Virus record (IMG/VR): IMGVR_UViG_3300014208_000006
Coordinates: 1,557 to 65,556 of that record
Length of the DNA: 64,000 bases
Source of the DNA: a virus
Lineage: Duplodnaviria; Caudoviricetes
Direction: 5' to 3' (one strand)
Shown one piece after another: positions 19,711-28,477 of the stretch. The notes beneath the pieces were generated by a model. That model was not told where the DNA came from and made no database searches. It saw nothing but the letters and a program-made list of their open reading frames with translations. How positions within the stretch are numbered: the stretch's first letter is position 1; the number at the start of each line of letters is the position of its first letter. The translations under genes and the position numbers were made by a program.

Positions 19711-19748
19711 ACACTACGGTTTCACGGGGTCATTCAGGCGGTTGCATT
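19711..19748 (-). promoter_or_regulatory. Late promoter motif copy C (leaderless)
   Basis: AATGCAACCGCC, TAGTGT at 33-38, ATG 6 nt further. Confidence 0.6.
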
Positions 19749-21571
19749 TAGCCGACGTTCGTGCGCCTGAAGCCGTCGGGTGCGAGATAATGGCTGTCCC
19801 GCTGAAACCGCCTCATGTCGATGGCCTGTGGACCCCCCAGCCGATACTCCGTGCAGGCACCAAGATTGTAGTTCGCGATCGCCGCGCTCATCACATGGTC
19901 ATCGTGCTTGCTCGGAGCCGCCTTGCACTCCCCGCTGTCCGTGATGATGAAGCTTTTGTGCTCGGCGATGATCTCGGGCGAATAGATGGTCAGTTCCTGC
20001 TGCCTGATCTTCGGGGCGAGCTCGTCTATGATCCACTTCTTCGTCAGCTTGTCGGTCATCCACCCGTAGGCGGAAAGCCTCTCCTCCTCGGACACCTGTT
20101 TGCGGCGGTTGACGTGCGCCTCCCGCCTGAAAATGTTGCACCCCAGCTTCTCAAGCGCCTTGACGACGGCCAGACCTGAGTTGTTGACCTCGGGGATGAC
20201 GAGGCAGTTGCCGTAATAGGCTGCCATCGCGGCCACGATCTCAGCCAGGATGTCCGTGTCTTCCCTGGAGTGATGAAGCGCGACGCATGCCGGCTTCTGC
20301 CAGACGCCAGCCTTGTCCGTGTAACCCGCGCGCCAGACCTGCGCGGAATGCCAGTCCGGATCCGCGGTCGTCCCGCCGATTTGCTGGTCCCTCCCTGTGC
20401 AGGTGTCCACGGCGATGAGGTATTTGCAGCCGAACCGCGGCTCCTCCCAGCGAATAACACTTCCACGCTCGTCCGGTATCCATGTCGAAACCCCGCGCCG
20501 GCCTTGCTGGACGAGATTGCCGCACTGGCGGTGGTCGTTCGCCTTGGCGAATCCGAGCATGTCAGCCAGGGCTTCCTCATCGAACCGCATCCGGCTCGAG
20601 GACAGGAACGCGCCCTCCGCGCTGCTCGGGTATTCCTGCCGGAACTTGCCCACGTCGCCCTTGTAGTCGGTGTTGATCTTCTTCCTCCGCCAGTGCAGTT
20701 GCTCGAGGCTGACGCCGTAGAGCTTCTGTTCCGTCACCTCGTCAGGAGTCATCGACTTCCTGAAAACGTGCTTCTGGTCTTCGCTCTCGAAATGCGCCGT
20801 CGCATCCTCGAATTCGAACCACGCGGCGAATACCTTGTGCCAGTCGTTTTCCGCCCACCACGTATCATGGAACCAGCCGGAGGCCCCGTTCGCGGTAGAG
20901 GTTGCAAACCCGAGGGAATGCTTGTGCTGCTTGTAGAACGCGCCAAGCACGGCGGTCGTCGGGTCCTTGCTGCTCGAACTCGGGAAGTAGGCCACTTCGT
21001 CCATGTGCAGGACTTGGACGGTTCCGGAGCGGCCGGCATTCGTGCTGCCGGCGGTCTCCTTCCACCACTTTGACCCGCTGGCCAGCGTGATCTCGTCGGC
21101 CAGGTCGCCGCCCACCGCGAAATTCTTGCCCGGCTCCGAGTCGCCGTAGGGGAACATGTCGCCCTTCGCGTAGCGCCGGAACATCTCGAACACCTTGTCG
21201 CTCGTGCTCTGCACGTCGCCCATGAGCGCCCCGTTGAGATTCGGAAAGCGGCGCATATGAAAATACGCAATGGCCTCGGCGATCGTGCTGGCCCCCTTCT
21301 GCCGGGGCTTGAGGATCATGATGAGGCACGGCTTGCCGGCGATCTGGCAGCGGCGATAGTGCTCAACCACCCGAAGCTGCAGCTTGTTCGGCTTCAAACA
21401 TGGCTGAGGAGTGCCATCGATCCCCTTGAACGTGGCGAAGTTGGCGCACCACATTTCAAAGTCAGAGAACATCAGCCGCGCCAGTTCCTCGGCGGTGATC
21501 TTCTCCATGTCCACCAGGGCAGGATGGGTCTCCCCGGTGTGAAATATCGGATTAACTACATGGGGCTCCAT
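19748..21571 (-). CDS. terL: Terminase large subunit
   Basis: Q motif NKLQ, Walker A KPRQKGAST, Walker B LHMDEVAYF, STANG, nuclease IAVDTCTG..D and KHDDHVMS. Confidence 0.92.
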   Translation of the reverse strand: MEPHVVNPIFHTGETHPALVDMEKITAEELARLMFSDFEMWCANFATFKGIDGTPQPCLKPNKLQLRVVEHYRRCQIAGKPCLIMILKPRQKGASTIAEAIAYFHMRRFPNLNGALMGDVQSTSDKVFEMFRRYAKGDMFPYGDSEPGKNFAVGGDLADEITLASGSKWWKETAGSTNAGRSGTVQVLHMDEVAYFPSSSSKDPTTAVLGAFYKQHKHSLGFATSTANGASGWFHDTWWAENDWHKVFAAWFEFEDATAHFESEDQKHVFRKSMTPDEVTEQKLYGVSLEQLHWRRKKINTDYKGDVGKFRQEYPSSAEGAFLSSSRMRFDEEALADMLGFAKANDHRQCGNLVQQGRRGVSTWIPDERGSVIRWEEPRFGCKYLIAVDTCTGRDQQIGGTTADPDWHSAQVWRAGYTDKAGVWQKPACVALHHSREDTDILAEIVAAMAAYYGNCLVIPEVNNSGLAVVKALEKLGCNIFRREAHVNRRKQVSEEERLSAYGWMTDKLTKKWIIDELAPKIRQQELTIYSPEIIAEHKSFIITDSGECKAAPSKHDDHVMSAAIANYNLGACTEYRLGGPQAIDMRRFQRDSHYLAPDGFRRTNVG

Positions 21572-21578
21572 CCCGGCA

Positions 21579-21616
21579 ACGCTACCAGCCGGGCAGCGCG
21601 GCCGGACGGTTGCATT
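21579..21616 (-). promoter_or_regulatory. Late promoter motif copy D (terL, leaderless)
   Basis: AATGCAACCGTC, TAGCGT at 33-38, ATG 7 nt further. Confidence 0.6.
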
Positions 21617-21908
21617 ACCGCTTCTTCTTCGGCCACCACTTCACTTGCGACTTTTTGACCGGCAGGGGTTCCCCCGCCTTCTTGCACAGGCGGATGAACC
21701 TCCGTTCGACAAAGTTGGGTGCGCCGTAGGTGAGCACCATCTCGACCCGCTTTGCTCGTGCGTCAGGTTTCATCCGGCGTGTGGCGCGGACAACAAGCTT
21801 CTCGTTGACATAGACCGTGGCCTTGCGGGCGCCCCAGCCCATCGTGGATTGAAAAACCTGAACGACACCGCGTTCAAGCTGCGTAATCTCTTTTCGTGTA
21901 AGGATCAT
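21615..21908 (-). CDS. Basic hypothetical protein
   Basis: 97 aa, K/R-rich. Confidence 0.65.
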   Translation of the reverse strand: MILTRKEITQLERGVVQVFQSTMGWGARKATVYVNEKLVVRATRRMKPDARAKRVEMVLTYGAPNFVERRFIRLCKKAGEPLPVKKSQVKWWPKKKR

Positions 21909-21941
21909 ACGGGCACCATACGCGCACGGGCACCATACGCG
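21909..21941. repeat. 16-bp direct repeat
   Basis: ACGGGCACCATACGCG at 21909-21924 and 21926-21941. Confidence 0.8.
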
Positions 21942-21952
21942 GCGGTTGCATT
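21915..21952 (-). promoter_or_regulatory. Late promoter motif copy E (leaderless)
   Basis: AATGCAACCGCC, TATGGT at 33-38, ATG 6 nt further. Confidence 0.6.
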
Positions 21953-22280
21953 ACTCCGTATTCTGCCAAATCCGCCTCGGCGCGCGAACGATCGTCACAT
22001 TCTCGGCAATGAGCGGATACAGCCGCTGTCTCAGCATGTTCATCGTCGCCGGGTTGTTACCGCGCTTCCGGCAGCACTCGATCAGCCGCGGCATCAGCCA
22101 TTCGCACGAATCGAAATCGACAAAGTAGCACAGCCTCTCTCTGCCGTCGGGCAGGATGGTTGTATACGGCGTCTCGTCCACCACCGGCACGCGCGGAGCC
22201 GTGAACAACTCCACCCACCAAGCTGTCCGCTGGTCGCCCGGGGGCAGGACGGCTACGAGGGACTGGGGTTCTGGGGTCAT
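21951..22280 (-). CDS. Hypothetical protein
   Basis: MTPEPQ start overlaps upstream stop. Confidence 0.6.
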   Translation of the reverse strand: MTPEPQSLVAVLPPGDQRTAWWVELFTAPRVPVVDETPYTTILPDGRERLCYFVDFDSCEWLMPRLIECCRKRGNNPATMNMLRQRLYPLIAENVTIVRAPRRIWQNTE

Positions 22281-22579
22281 GGGTGGGCATGGTCTTTCGG
22301 CCAGTGGGCAACTTCGTCGCAACAGATGAACGTGAGTTTCTTACCTTCGGTCTTGGCGACAGACACCACGGACTTGTCGCGTGAGCCCGGTTTCGCCAGG
22401 TCAATGCCAATCAGGTAGGGTTTGTCCTCGTGCGATACCTTGATCACGGCGTCGGTTTTGCCGCGGGCCTTCATTCTCCGCAGCGCGCGTTCCACGATCA
22501 CAATCTGCCATGGCTGCAGCTTCAGCGGCTTGCCCGGGCGGGATGCCACTTTCTCTATGAACTGTGTGAAAGTGCTCAT
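22277..22579 (-). CDS. 100-aa protein made of terminase-like motifs
   Basis: KLQPWQ, ARGKT, YLIGIDLAKPGSRDKS, FICCDEVAHWP. Confidence 0.6.
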   Translation of the reverse strand: MSTFTQFIEKVASRPGKPLKLQPWQIVIVERALRRMKARGKTDAVIKVSHEDKPYLIGIDLAKPGSRDKSVVSVAKTEGKKLTFICCDEVAHWPKDHAHP

Positions 22580-22806
22580 TGCCAGACATGGAGGTTTTGG
22601 CCGTTGAAGCCGCGTTGCCACTCGCGGTAGAACCACCCGGTATTGTCGCCAGGCGTGCTCACAAATATCATGCGCCCGGATCTCTCCGAGTCCGGCAAGC
22701 CCGGGTCAATCGCCACAACGTATTTCGGCGCAGCCTCCGCCTTCACCACGGCAGCCACCGCGGCCGGAGTCACCAGCAAGGCTTTGAAGAATGTCCGGCG
22801 GTTCAT
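22576..22806 (-). CDS. Small Tat-signal protein
   Basis: MNRRTFFK twin-arginine motif, hydrophobic stretch, AEA cleavage-like site. Confidence 0.65.
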   Translation of the reverse strand: MNRRTFFKALLVTPAAVAAVVKAEAAPKYVVAIDPGLPDSERSGRMIFVSTPGDNTGWFYREWQRGFNGQNLHVWQ

Positions 22807-22807
22807 G

Positions 22808-23008
22808 TCAGTAAGCCTTGAAGTCGTCGGCGGCGCCCCTCGTTGCCGGGATCCACACGCCGGCCTCGGGAACGTGAACTTCCACCCGCTTGCTCAGGCG
22901 ATGGCGCCGCGCTTCACGGCCGCGCGTCCCGATCTTCCCGTATTCCCACGGCCAGGTCAGCGCGATCTTCAGCAGCTTGTCGAGGTATGTGATCATGGTG
23001 AGTGTCAT
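22808..23008 (-). CDS. Hypothetical protein
   Basis: 66 aa in tightly packed operon. Confidence 0.55.
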   Translation of the reverse strand: MTLTMITYLDKLLKIALTWPWEYGKIGTRGREARRHRLSKRVEVHVPEAGVWIPATRGAADDFKAY

Positions 23009-23274
23009 TTCGCGGTTATCCCAGACTTCGGTCCCCGTTCGACCAGTATGCCACGGAAATACAGGTCAGGCGGGAATGCCCCGCGCGCCTTTTCGTCGCC
23101 GGTCCGGACGGCGATCATGCCCTTTCGCTCCATGTCCATCCACCACTCGCGGAACTCATTTACCTCTTCCGGGCCGAGTCCGATGCTCCGAGGCTTCACA
23201 CCGTGCTCCATGATGAAAGCCTGCTCGGCCTCGATCATGCGGATGTCAATGGGGTCGCGGTGACGGGTTTTCAT
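23005..23274 (-). CDS. Hypothetical protein
   Basis: 89 aa, overlapping start/stop. Confidence 0.6.
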   Translation of the reverse strand: MKTRHRDPIDIRMIEAEQAFIMEHGVKPRSIGLGPEEVNEFREWWMDMERKGMIAVRTGDEKARGAFPPDLYFRGILVERGPKSGITAK

Positions 23275-23603
23275 GGGAGGAAGAGGACGGCCATATTCGA
23301 CACACAGTTCTCGCAGAGATGCGTCGCGTATTCCCCGCCCGTCACGTCAATGGCGACAACGCGCGGAACGTCCTCGTGGCAGTGTGAGCAATTCAGGCGC
23401 GTCCAGCTTGTGTTCGGTATGACGGCATCAACCTGCTCAGGCGTCGGAGTTGAACCCAGGGCGAGCAATTTCTTGTGGATGCCCTCGTGGTCGATGGGGT
23501 TTAGCCGGCGGATGTTTCTCCCGAACGGCGACAGGTAGGCGAGCCACCATCTGCCGGCAGCACCTGCAGCGAGGTCGTGACGGGTGATGAGTTTCATGCT
23601 CAT
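23271..23603 (-). CDS. Zn-finger hypothetical protein
   Basis: CSHC...CENC. Confidence 0.6.
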   Translation of the reverse strand: MSMKLITRHDLAAGAAGRWWLAYLSPFGRNIRRLNPIDHEGIHKKLLALGSTPTPEQVDAVIPNTSWTRLNCSHCHEDVPRVVAIDVTGGEYATHLCENCVSNMAVLFLP

Positions 23604-24094
23604 GGTAGAATCTCCTGGCGTTCCCACTTCCCTGTTCCCTTGTCCTCCCACACGAGGAAGAACCTCACCCATGGATGAACCCGCGCCGCTACCTTCAGGT
23701 TCTCGAAGCCACCGCGGAACGCCTTCGGTCCCTTGACCTCGTAGGCGATTGCCGGCCGAAACCTCGTCTCGTCCTTGACGCTCGGCAGCACCGCCGGCAG
23801 GAAGAAATCCGGTTTATACCAGTGCCCGCGCGCCAGCTCGAGCCGCACGGCCTGAATCAGGATCGTCTCGCCCACGTAGTCCACCTTCAGCTTCGTCTCG
23901 TAGAACCGCGTCTCGAGCTTGTTCATCAACGGCGAAGCTGACTGCCGCAGCCGCTTGCCCTCCTTCGTCACCGCATGGCGAGTCACCAATGATTCCTTCG
24001 ATGGCATCTCTGATGGTCCGCTGAACAGGTCCGGATTGAGCTTCCGCACCGCCTCGCTCGTCGGCAGCGCCTTGATGTCAGTCAGGCGGGTCAT
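23600..24094 (-). CDS. PD-(D/E)xK endonuclease (DUF1064-like, possible junction resolvase)
   Basis: WYKPDFF...AYEVKG..LKVAA. Confidence 0.7.
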   Translation of the reverse strand: MTRLTDIKALPTSEAVRKLNPDLFSGPSEMPSKESLVTRHAVTKEGKRLRQSASPLMNKLETRFYETKLKVDYVGETILIQAVRLELARGHWYKPDFFLPAVLPSVKDETRFRPAIAYEVKGPKAFRGGFENLKVAARVHPWVRFFLVWEDKGTGKWERQEILP

Positions 24095-24267
24095 GGGATG
24101 AAAAGCCGGACCAAGATCGCCGTGGCGCAAATTATGATTACAACCACGGAGACTGCTCTTGCCAGGTCAAGGGCCCATCGCTTTCCGAATGCGCCGGCGA
24201 TGAGGCAGCCAAACGCGAACGCGAGGAACAGATTATTGATGTCGTTGATGATGGTCGGTGTGCTCAT
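24091..24267 (-). CDS. Small two-TM membrane protein
   Basis: 58 aa, two hydrophobic helices. Confidence 0.55.
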   Translation of the reverse strand: MSTPTIINDINNLFLAFAFGCLIAGAFGKRWALDLARAVSVVVIIICATAILVRLFIP

Positions 24268-24428
24268 TGTGAAATAACCAGCGTCAGCGCCACCGTCGCG
24301 GCAATGAACCCGATCCACATGGCGTAGCTGACCACCTTCCTGACGGTCACGTGCTTCTGCTCCAGGCCAACCGCGCAGCCGACGATGAAGGCAAAGCACA
24401 TGAGGATGATTGTTTGGGCGATGTTCAT
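24264..24428 (-). CDS. Small two-TM membrane protein
   Basis: Not in track; MNIAQTIILMCFAFIVGCAVG...MWIGFIAATVALTLVISQ, 54 aa, overlaps both neighbours. Confidence 0.5.
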   Translation of the reverse strand: MNIAQTIILMCFAFIVGCAVGLEQKHVTVRKVVSYAMWIGFIAATVALTLVISQ

Positions 24429-24685
24429 GGGTTTGTGCGTTTCTCGATTTCAGTTGCGGGCACTTCCGGGTGTTCGATCTTCGGCCCCCACAGGTAGAAC
24501 GCGAAGCCGTCCCGGTTGATGAGTTTGCCCTCGATGATGTCCATCACCTGCTCGACGCGCAGGAAAGGCGGCTCGCCCGTCACCTGCACGACATAGCGGT
24601 AATGGTTGTCGCTCCCGTAGCTGCGAGCGAAGTAGAGCCCGCGCTCCTTGGGCTCGTAGTTGGTTTTGGAGTAGGCGGAGGTCAT
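24425..24685 (-). CDS. Hypothetical protein
   Basis: MTSAYSK start. Confidence 0.55.
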   Translation of the reverse strand: MTSAYSKTNYEPKERGLYFARSYGSDNHYRYVVQVTGEPPFLRVEQVMDIIEGKLINRDGFAFYLWGPKIEHPEVPATEIEKRTNP

Positions 24686-24689
24686 GGGG

Positions 24690-25448
24690 TTAAATTCCCG
24701 GCCCGTGCTCACCTTCGATGGCGAGCGGGTCACTGATCTTTGTGCGAAGCCCTTGGATTTCTTCCAGCATCAGACGTTCGCGCTCACTCGCCGGGGCAAC
24801 GCTTGCGCGGATAATAGCCGCTTGGTTCGCCTGCTCCTCGCGCGCCGTCTTCAGCGTGTCCCGCAGCTCCTTGATCCGCCGGATAACCTCGTCGGCAACC
24901 TCGTCCTCGCGAAACAGCTTCCCGCTGCACGGGTCATTGTAGGACCAGCGGCCTTCCGGCAGATTTTCAGACGCCAGCGACATATCCGGTCCGATCCCGA
25001 ACTCCTTGGCGATAGCCTCGATCTCCTGCCAGTGGTCGGATTGGGCAGTGAGCGCGTTTTTCAGGCGGATGACTTCGCTTTCCGCCGCCCGCTTCTGCCG
25101 CATCTGGTCGTCCGCCGACCGGTTCGCGATCAAAAGCGCGGCCTTCGCGCCCTCAATCTCGTGCAGCGCCCCGCCCAGGATCTCCGCCATCGCCGCGTTG
25201 TCGATCAGCAGCGGGCGGTTCAAGCCACACAGGCGACCGCCCTCGATTTCCGGCAAGGTGACGACCTCCTTCAAGCCGGTGATCTTCAGGTTATTCTTCC
25301 CCGCCTGGTTGTTCGCCAGCACGAGACACGGGACGTTCTTCGCGCCTTCCAGCATGGCCGTCGTGTGTCCGACCTGCCGGTTGATCTGGAAGTAGCGGAA
25401 CAGGGCTTCGAGTTGTGCGATGAAGTTGCTCATGGTCGTAGGCTTCAA
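24690..25448 (-). CDS. Degenerate P-loop domain plus coiled coil
   Basis: RQVGHTT (Walker A-like), LLIDNA (Walker B-like). Confidence 0.55.
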   Translation of the reverse strand: MKPTTMSNFIAQLEALFRYFQINRQVGHTTAMLEGAKNVPCLVLANNQAGKNNLKITGLKEVVTLPEIEGGRLCGLNRPLLIDNAAMAEILGGALHEIEGAKAALLIANRSADDQMRQKRAAESEVIRLKNALTAQSDHWQEIEAIAKEFGIGPDMSLASENLPEGRWSYNDPCSGKLFREDEVADEVIRRIKELRDTLKTAREEQANQAAIIRASVAPASERERLMLEEIQGLRTKISDPLAIEGEHGPGI

Positions 25449-25699
25449 ATGAGCTTCATGATGCTCCGCTTCTGCCCGGCCGACTGCCCGAAGGCACCGG
25501 CGTTCCGCCCGCGGTGCTTGCCGCCGCGATACCGTGAGGGCGCCCGATACGGCCCGCCGATCGCATGCAGCTTCTTGCCGATGGCCGGCGCCGTGGCGTC
25601 AGACTTCAACTCATTGCCGACATTCGCGCCGAGTCCCATGGCCGCGAGCATGGTGGAGACGACGCCGAGGCGTCTTGGATTTTTCGTGATGGGTGTCAT
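25445..25699 (-). CDS. Hypothetical protein
   Basis: 84 aa. Confidence 0.5.
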   Translation of the reverse strand: MTPITKNPRRLGVVSTMLAAMGLGANVGNELKSDATAPAIGKKLHAIGGPYRAPSRYRGGKHRGRNAGAFGQSAGQKRSIMKLI

Positions 25700-25721
25700 T
25701 TCGATTTTGGTTGGGGGTTGG

Positions 25722-26012
25722 TTACGCTTCCGTGCGCTCGGTCATGGACTCCAGTTGGTGCCGCAAGCCGGCGAGCCTCCAGCACTGCGTCCGGAGTTGG
25801 TCGGCCACGCTGACAAGCGACTCCATGGGTTCGGCCTTATCGCCGTTTGCGGGCGTCGGCGGAATGCTGCGCAGGACGGGCTGAATGCACTCGGAATGCA
25901 GCGACAGCGCCTTGTCGAGCTGGTCGATCTCGTCACGGAGCGCATTGAGCATCCCCTGGACTTGGGTTTGCGGACGGGGCGCGGAAGGCTGGCAGGCTTG
26001 GTTCGTTTTCAT
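25722..26012 (-). CDS. Hypothetical coiled-coil protein
   Basis: 96 aa. Confidence 0.6.
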   Translation of the reverse strand: MKTNQACQPSAPRPQTQVQGMLNALRDEIDQLDKALSLHSECIQPVLRSIPPTPANGDKAEPMESLVSVADQLRTQCWRLAGLRHQLESMTERTEA

Positions 26013-26218
26013 GTATTTGTTTTGGTTATGGGTTTCTGATCAAAGTCGCGCGTCTTGTAGGTCCGCACCGGAGGCTTCCGGGTGAACGGGATTCGGAACT
26101 GCCGCTCGTTCGCAGCGAAATGCTGCTCGCACAGGTTCGTGCAGCTCGGCGCGTGATGGCCGACCGCGACCTGATTGCAGGTGTGCCAGTCACAGCGGAT
26201 TTGGGCGGGGGCGGTCAT
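26009..26218 (-). CDS. Small Cys/His protein
   Basis: C..HTC...C..LCEQH. Confidence 0.5.
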   Translation of the reverse strand: MTAPAQIRCDWHTCNQVAVGHHAPSCTNLCEQHFAANERQFRIPFTRKPPVRTYKTRDFDQKPITKTNT

Positions 26219-26700
26219 GGCTGTTCGTCCTCAGTCCCCAGTGTCGCCCGATTCCTGGTCGGGAACGTGTAGTGCCTGATGCTCGTGCCTTCCGGTTTTG
26301 TCCTCCCGATGCGCCGAAGCGTCGAAAGGAGTATCCGAATCTCCTGACGGGCGTCCGTGGCCTCGAAATACTCCGACTCCTTGACCATCTTGACGCGCTC
26401 GCCGTTGAATTCCAGCAGGCCCCACCCGGGAGGCAGCTTTCCCACGCTCACCAGACCGACCGGCGTGAGGAAATACCGATGGCACCCGATACCGCGCGCA
26501 CTGTCTCGCCGGAACGGCTTTTGTCTGTCGGAATAGAAGTCGGACAGCCCGGCCTTGCATTCCACGAGGATTGAGTGTGTGCCCTGCCAGCCCAGCGCGT
26601 CGGGTTCCTCGCCGGTCGTGGTGATCTCGGTAACGACGACCGCGCATTTCTTTTGCAGCCAGAGTGAGGCCGCGGATACGAGTTCTGCGTGAGTGCTCAT
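26215..26700 (-). CDS. PD-(D/E)xK nuclease-like protein (MmcB-like)
   Basis: EEPDALGW..SILVECKAGLSDFYSD.QKPFR..GIG..RYFLTP. Confidence 0.7.
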   Translation of the reverse strand: MSTHAELVSAASLWLQKKCAVVVTEITTTGEEPDALGWQGTHSILVECKAGLSDFYSDRQKPFRRDSARGIGCHRYFLTPVGLVSVGKLPPGWGLLEFNGERVKMVKESEYFEATDARQEIRILLSTLRRIGRTKPEGTSIRHYTFPTRNRATLGTEDEQP

Positions 26701-26906
26701 GTCCGTCTGTCCTCCTGCAGCCCCAGGTCGAAGCAGTGTCCGCCCGCGCTCGGCCGTCCACCACCCCGCCAAGGCGCCTGCTGCGTCTTCCATTGATGTT
26801 CCTTCTCCGCCTTCGCATACCCCTTCCGGCACTCAACCGTGCAGTAGAGCGCATGCGGACTCCGCGACTCGAACGGCTTCAGGCAATGGGCGCAGAAGAG
26901 TTTCAT
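26697..26906 (-). CDS. Zn-ribbon protein
   Basis: CAHC.KPF...YCTVECR. Confidence 0.55.
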   Translation of the reverse strand: MKLFCAHCLKPFESRSPHALYCTVECRKGYAKAEKEHQWKTQQAPWRGGGRPSAGGHCFDLGLQEDRRT

Positions 26907-27496
26907 GGGGTTTTCCTCTTCAGCCTGAACGGAACTCGCGGGGCCCACTCCTTCCACGGCTTCTCCTCCCTGATCATCGCCCGCGCCTCTATCCCGGGAT
27001 TGTGCGCCACGACATAGGCCCAGGTCTCCGGGTGCATCTTCAACACCGGGTATTCCACCGTTTTCTTGTAAGCCTCCATGTTTGCCACCGCGCCAGCGCC
27101 CATGAGAAGCATCTGCTGAAACACCAGAGGATGCGGCCGATAATTCTCCGCCCGGGCCCGCCACTTCCTCCGAATCCTCCGCTTCTTCGACCGCGGCCGC
27201 CGAAAATACTGCATCAGCGTCTCGTCCAGGATCAGGAAGAATTTGCCGGAATTTTGGTCCGGATTTTTTTGCGCAATATTTCCGGCGGGGACTCCCATCG
27301 CCGCGTCCCTCATCGAATCCAAAAAGCGAATCGTCTCAGCGTTCGGCCTGGGCATCACCATCTCCTGCAGCCTATCCACCACCGCGAACGCCTTCGGGAA
27401 AACGATCTCAGGATTTTCACTCGGAATTTTTTTGCCCAAATCGTTCCTTTGGGACTCCGGTTCGGAAATGGGTTTCGGATTTTCCATGGTGTTCAT
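26903..27496 (-). CDS. Hypothetical protein
   Basis: 197 aa with basic RSKKRRIRRKWR segment. Confidence 0.55.
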   Translation of the reverse strand: MNTMENPKPISEPESQRNDLGKKIPSENPEIVFPKAFAVVDRLQEMVMPRPNAETIRFLDSMRDAAMGVPAGNIAQKNPDQNSGKFFLILDETLMQYFRRPRSKKRRIRRKWRARAENYRPHPLVFQQMLLMGAGAVANMEAYKKTVEYPVLKMHPETWAYVVAHNPGIEARAMIREEKPWKEWAPRVPFRLKRKTP

Positions 27497-28143
27497 TTGC
27501 TTTGCGCCTCCGGGAAATTCAGCCGCGCGAACTCGCCATGGTGCTTCAGGGCAAGCGCGTCGTAGGCACGGGCGGCTTCCTCTTCTGTGCGAAAACGACC
27601 GTGGCGAATTCGTTTACCGCCATGGCTCATGTTCACTTCCCATCTGTTATTCTGCTGATTCCAGTGGACGCCTTTGAATCGGTTTTTGCTGCGCGTGTTT
27701 TTTACCCGGTTCGCACCGTTCTGGCTCTTTGTCGCAATCCGCAGATTCCCGCGCCAGTTGTGCAGGCGATTCCTGTCCTCGTGATCCGTCTCCAACCCCT
27801 GCGGTGTCCGAAGTATCAATCGGTGCATCACCGCTGGCTTACCACCAATCATCGCCTGAGCGTAACCGTCCTTGTTCACCCGCCAGGTGTAGCCCAGCAC
27901 CAACATCGCGTCCCCTTGACTCACGAAAATCGTTTCGGATTTTTTGGTCAGAATTTCCACGCATGGGACCCCGTTTTCAAAATGGGTCTCGGAAATTTTT
28001 GCGGAATTTTTTTTGTAGGGTCCTCCTGACGGAATGGGGGTGTGAGAAAGAGGGAGGAGGGGAGTCCCACAATCTCGCACGCACACTCCCGCGCTACGGG
28101 GTGACGAAATAAGGGCTGGGGGGGCTATCGGCGCGGGATTCAT
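27493..28143 (-). CDS. HNH-AP2 homing endonuclease (true start probably near 27990)
   Basis: MHRLIL..TDHEDRNRLHNWRGNLRIAT plus FKGVHW..RW..HGRFRTEEEAARAYD..HGEFARLNF (AP2). Confidence 0.88.
   Translation of the reverse strand: MNPAPIAPPALISSPRSAGVCVRDCGTPLLPLSHTPIPSGGPYKKNSAKISETHFENGVPCVEILTKKSETIFVSQGDAMLVLGYTWRVNKDGYAQAMIGGKPAVMHRLILRTPQGLETDHEDRNRLHNWRGNLRIATKSQNGANRVKNTRSKNRFKGVHWNQQNNRWEVNMSHGGKRIRHGRFRTEEEAARAYDALALKHHGEFARLNFPEAQSK
27960..28140. other. Candidate packaging (pac/cos) region
   Basis: G/C runs next to A/T tracts (GGAAATTTTTGCGGAATTTTTTTTG, GGGGGGG), downstream of terS; inference only. Confidence 0.3.
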
Positions 28144-28427
28144 GGTGTGAACGCGGGATCGGCGTCGAAAGCAGGGTCATCGTGCGTTCCAGGCTGCGTT
28201 TGGGCCGTGTTCTCGGGCTCTTGAGTGGCCTTCGGCTCCTTGATCTTCACCGATCCTGAGAAAAACTTGCTTCCATCGCTCTTCTTCGTGCGGATCCACG
28301 CCGCCAGCTCGTAGGTCCGGCCCCCGATGGTCGCCTCTCCCCGGAAATCCGGCCACTTCGGGTTCGCGCCGGGCTTCGACTTCGACTTGTTGCGCGAAAG
28401 GATGAAACTGTCTCGGTCGGTTGACAT
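28140..28427 (-). CDS. DUF736-like single-stranded DNA-binding protein
   Basis: NPKWPDFRGEATIGG..YELAAWIR..SKFFSGSVK; acidic tail DDPAFDADPAF. Confidence 0.65.
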   Translation of the reverse strand: MSTDRDSFILSRNKSKSKPGANPKWPDFRGEATIGGRTYELAAWIRTKKSDGSKFFSGSVKIKEPKATQEPENTAQTQPGTHDDPAFDADPAFTP

Positions 28428-28477
28428 GTTTTTGCCTAAGTGCGGTATCTGTAGAGTGATAACCTTCTGACTGTTAC

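Noticed and set aside
24091-24428. Holin pair
   Set aside because: Two small TM proteins, but no endolysin nearby; no endolysin recognised anywhere in the window (probably beyond the left edge)
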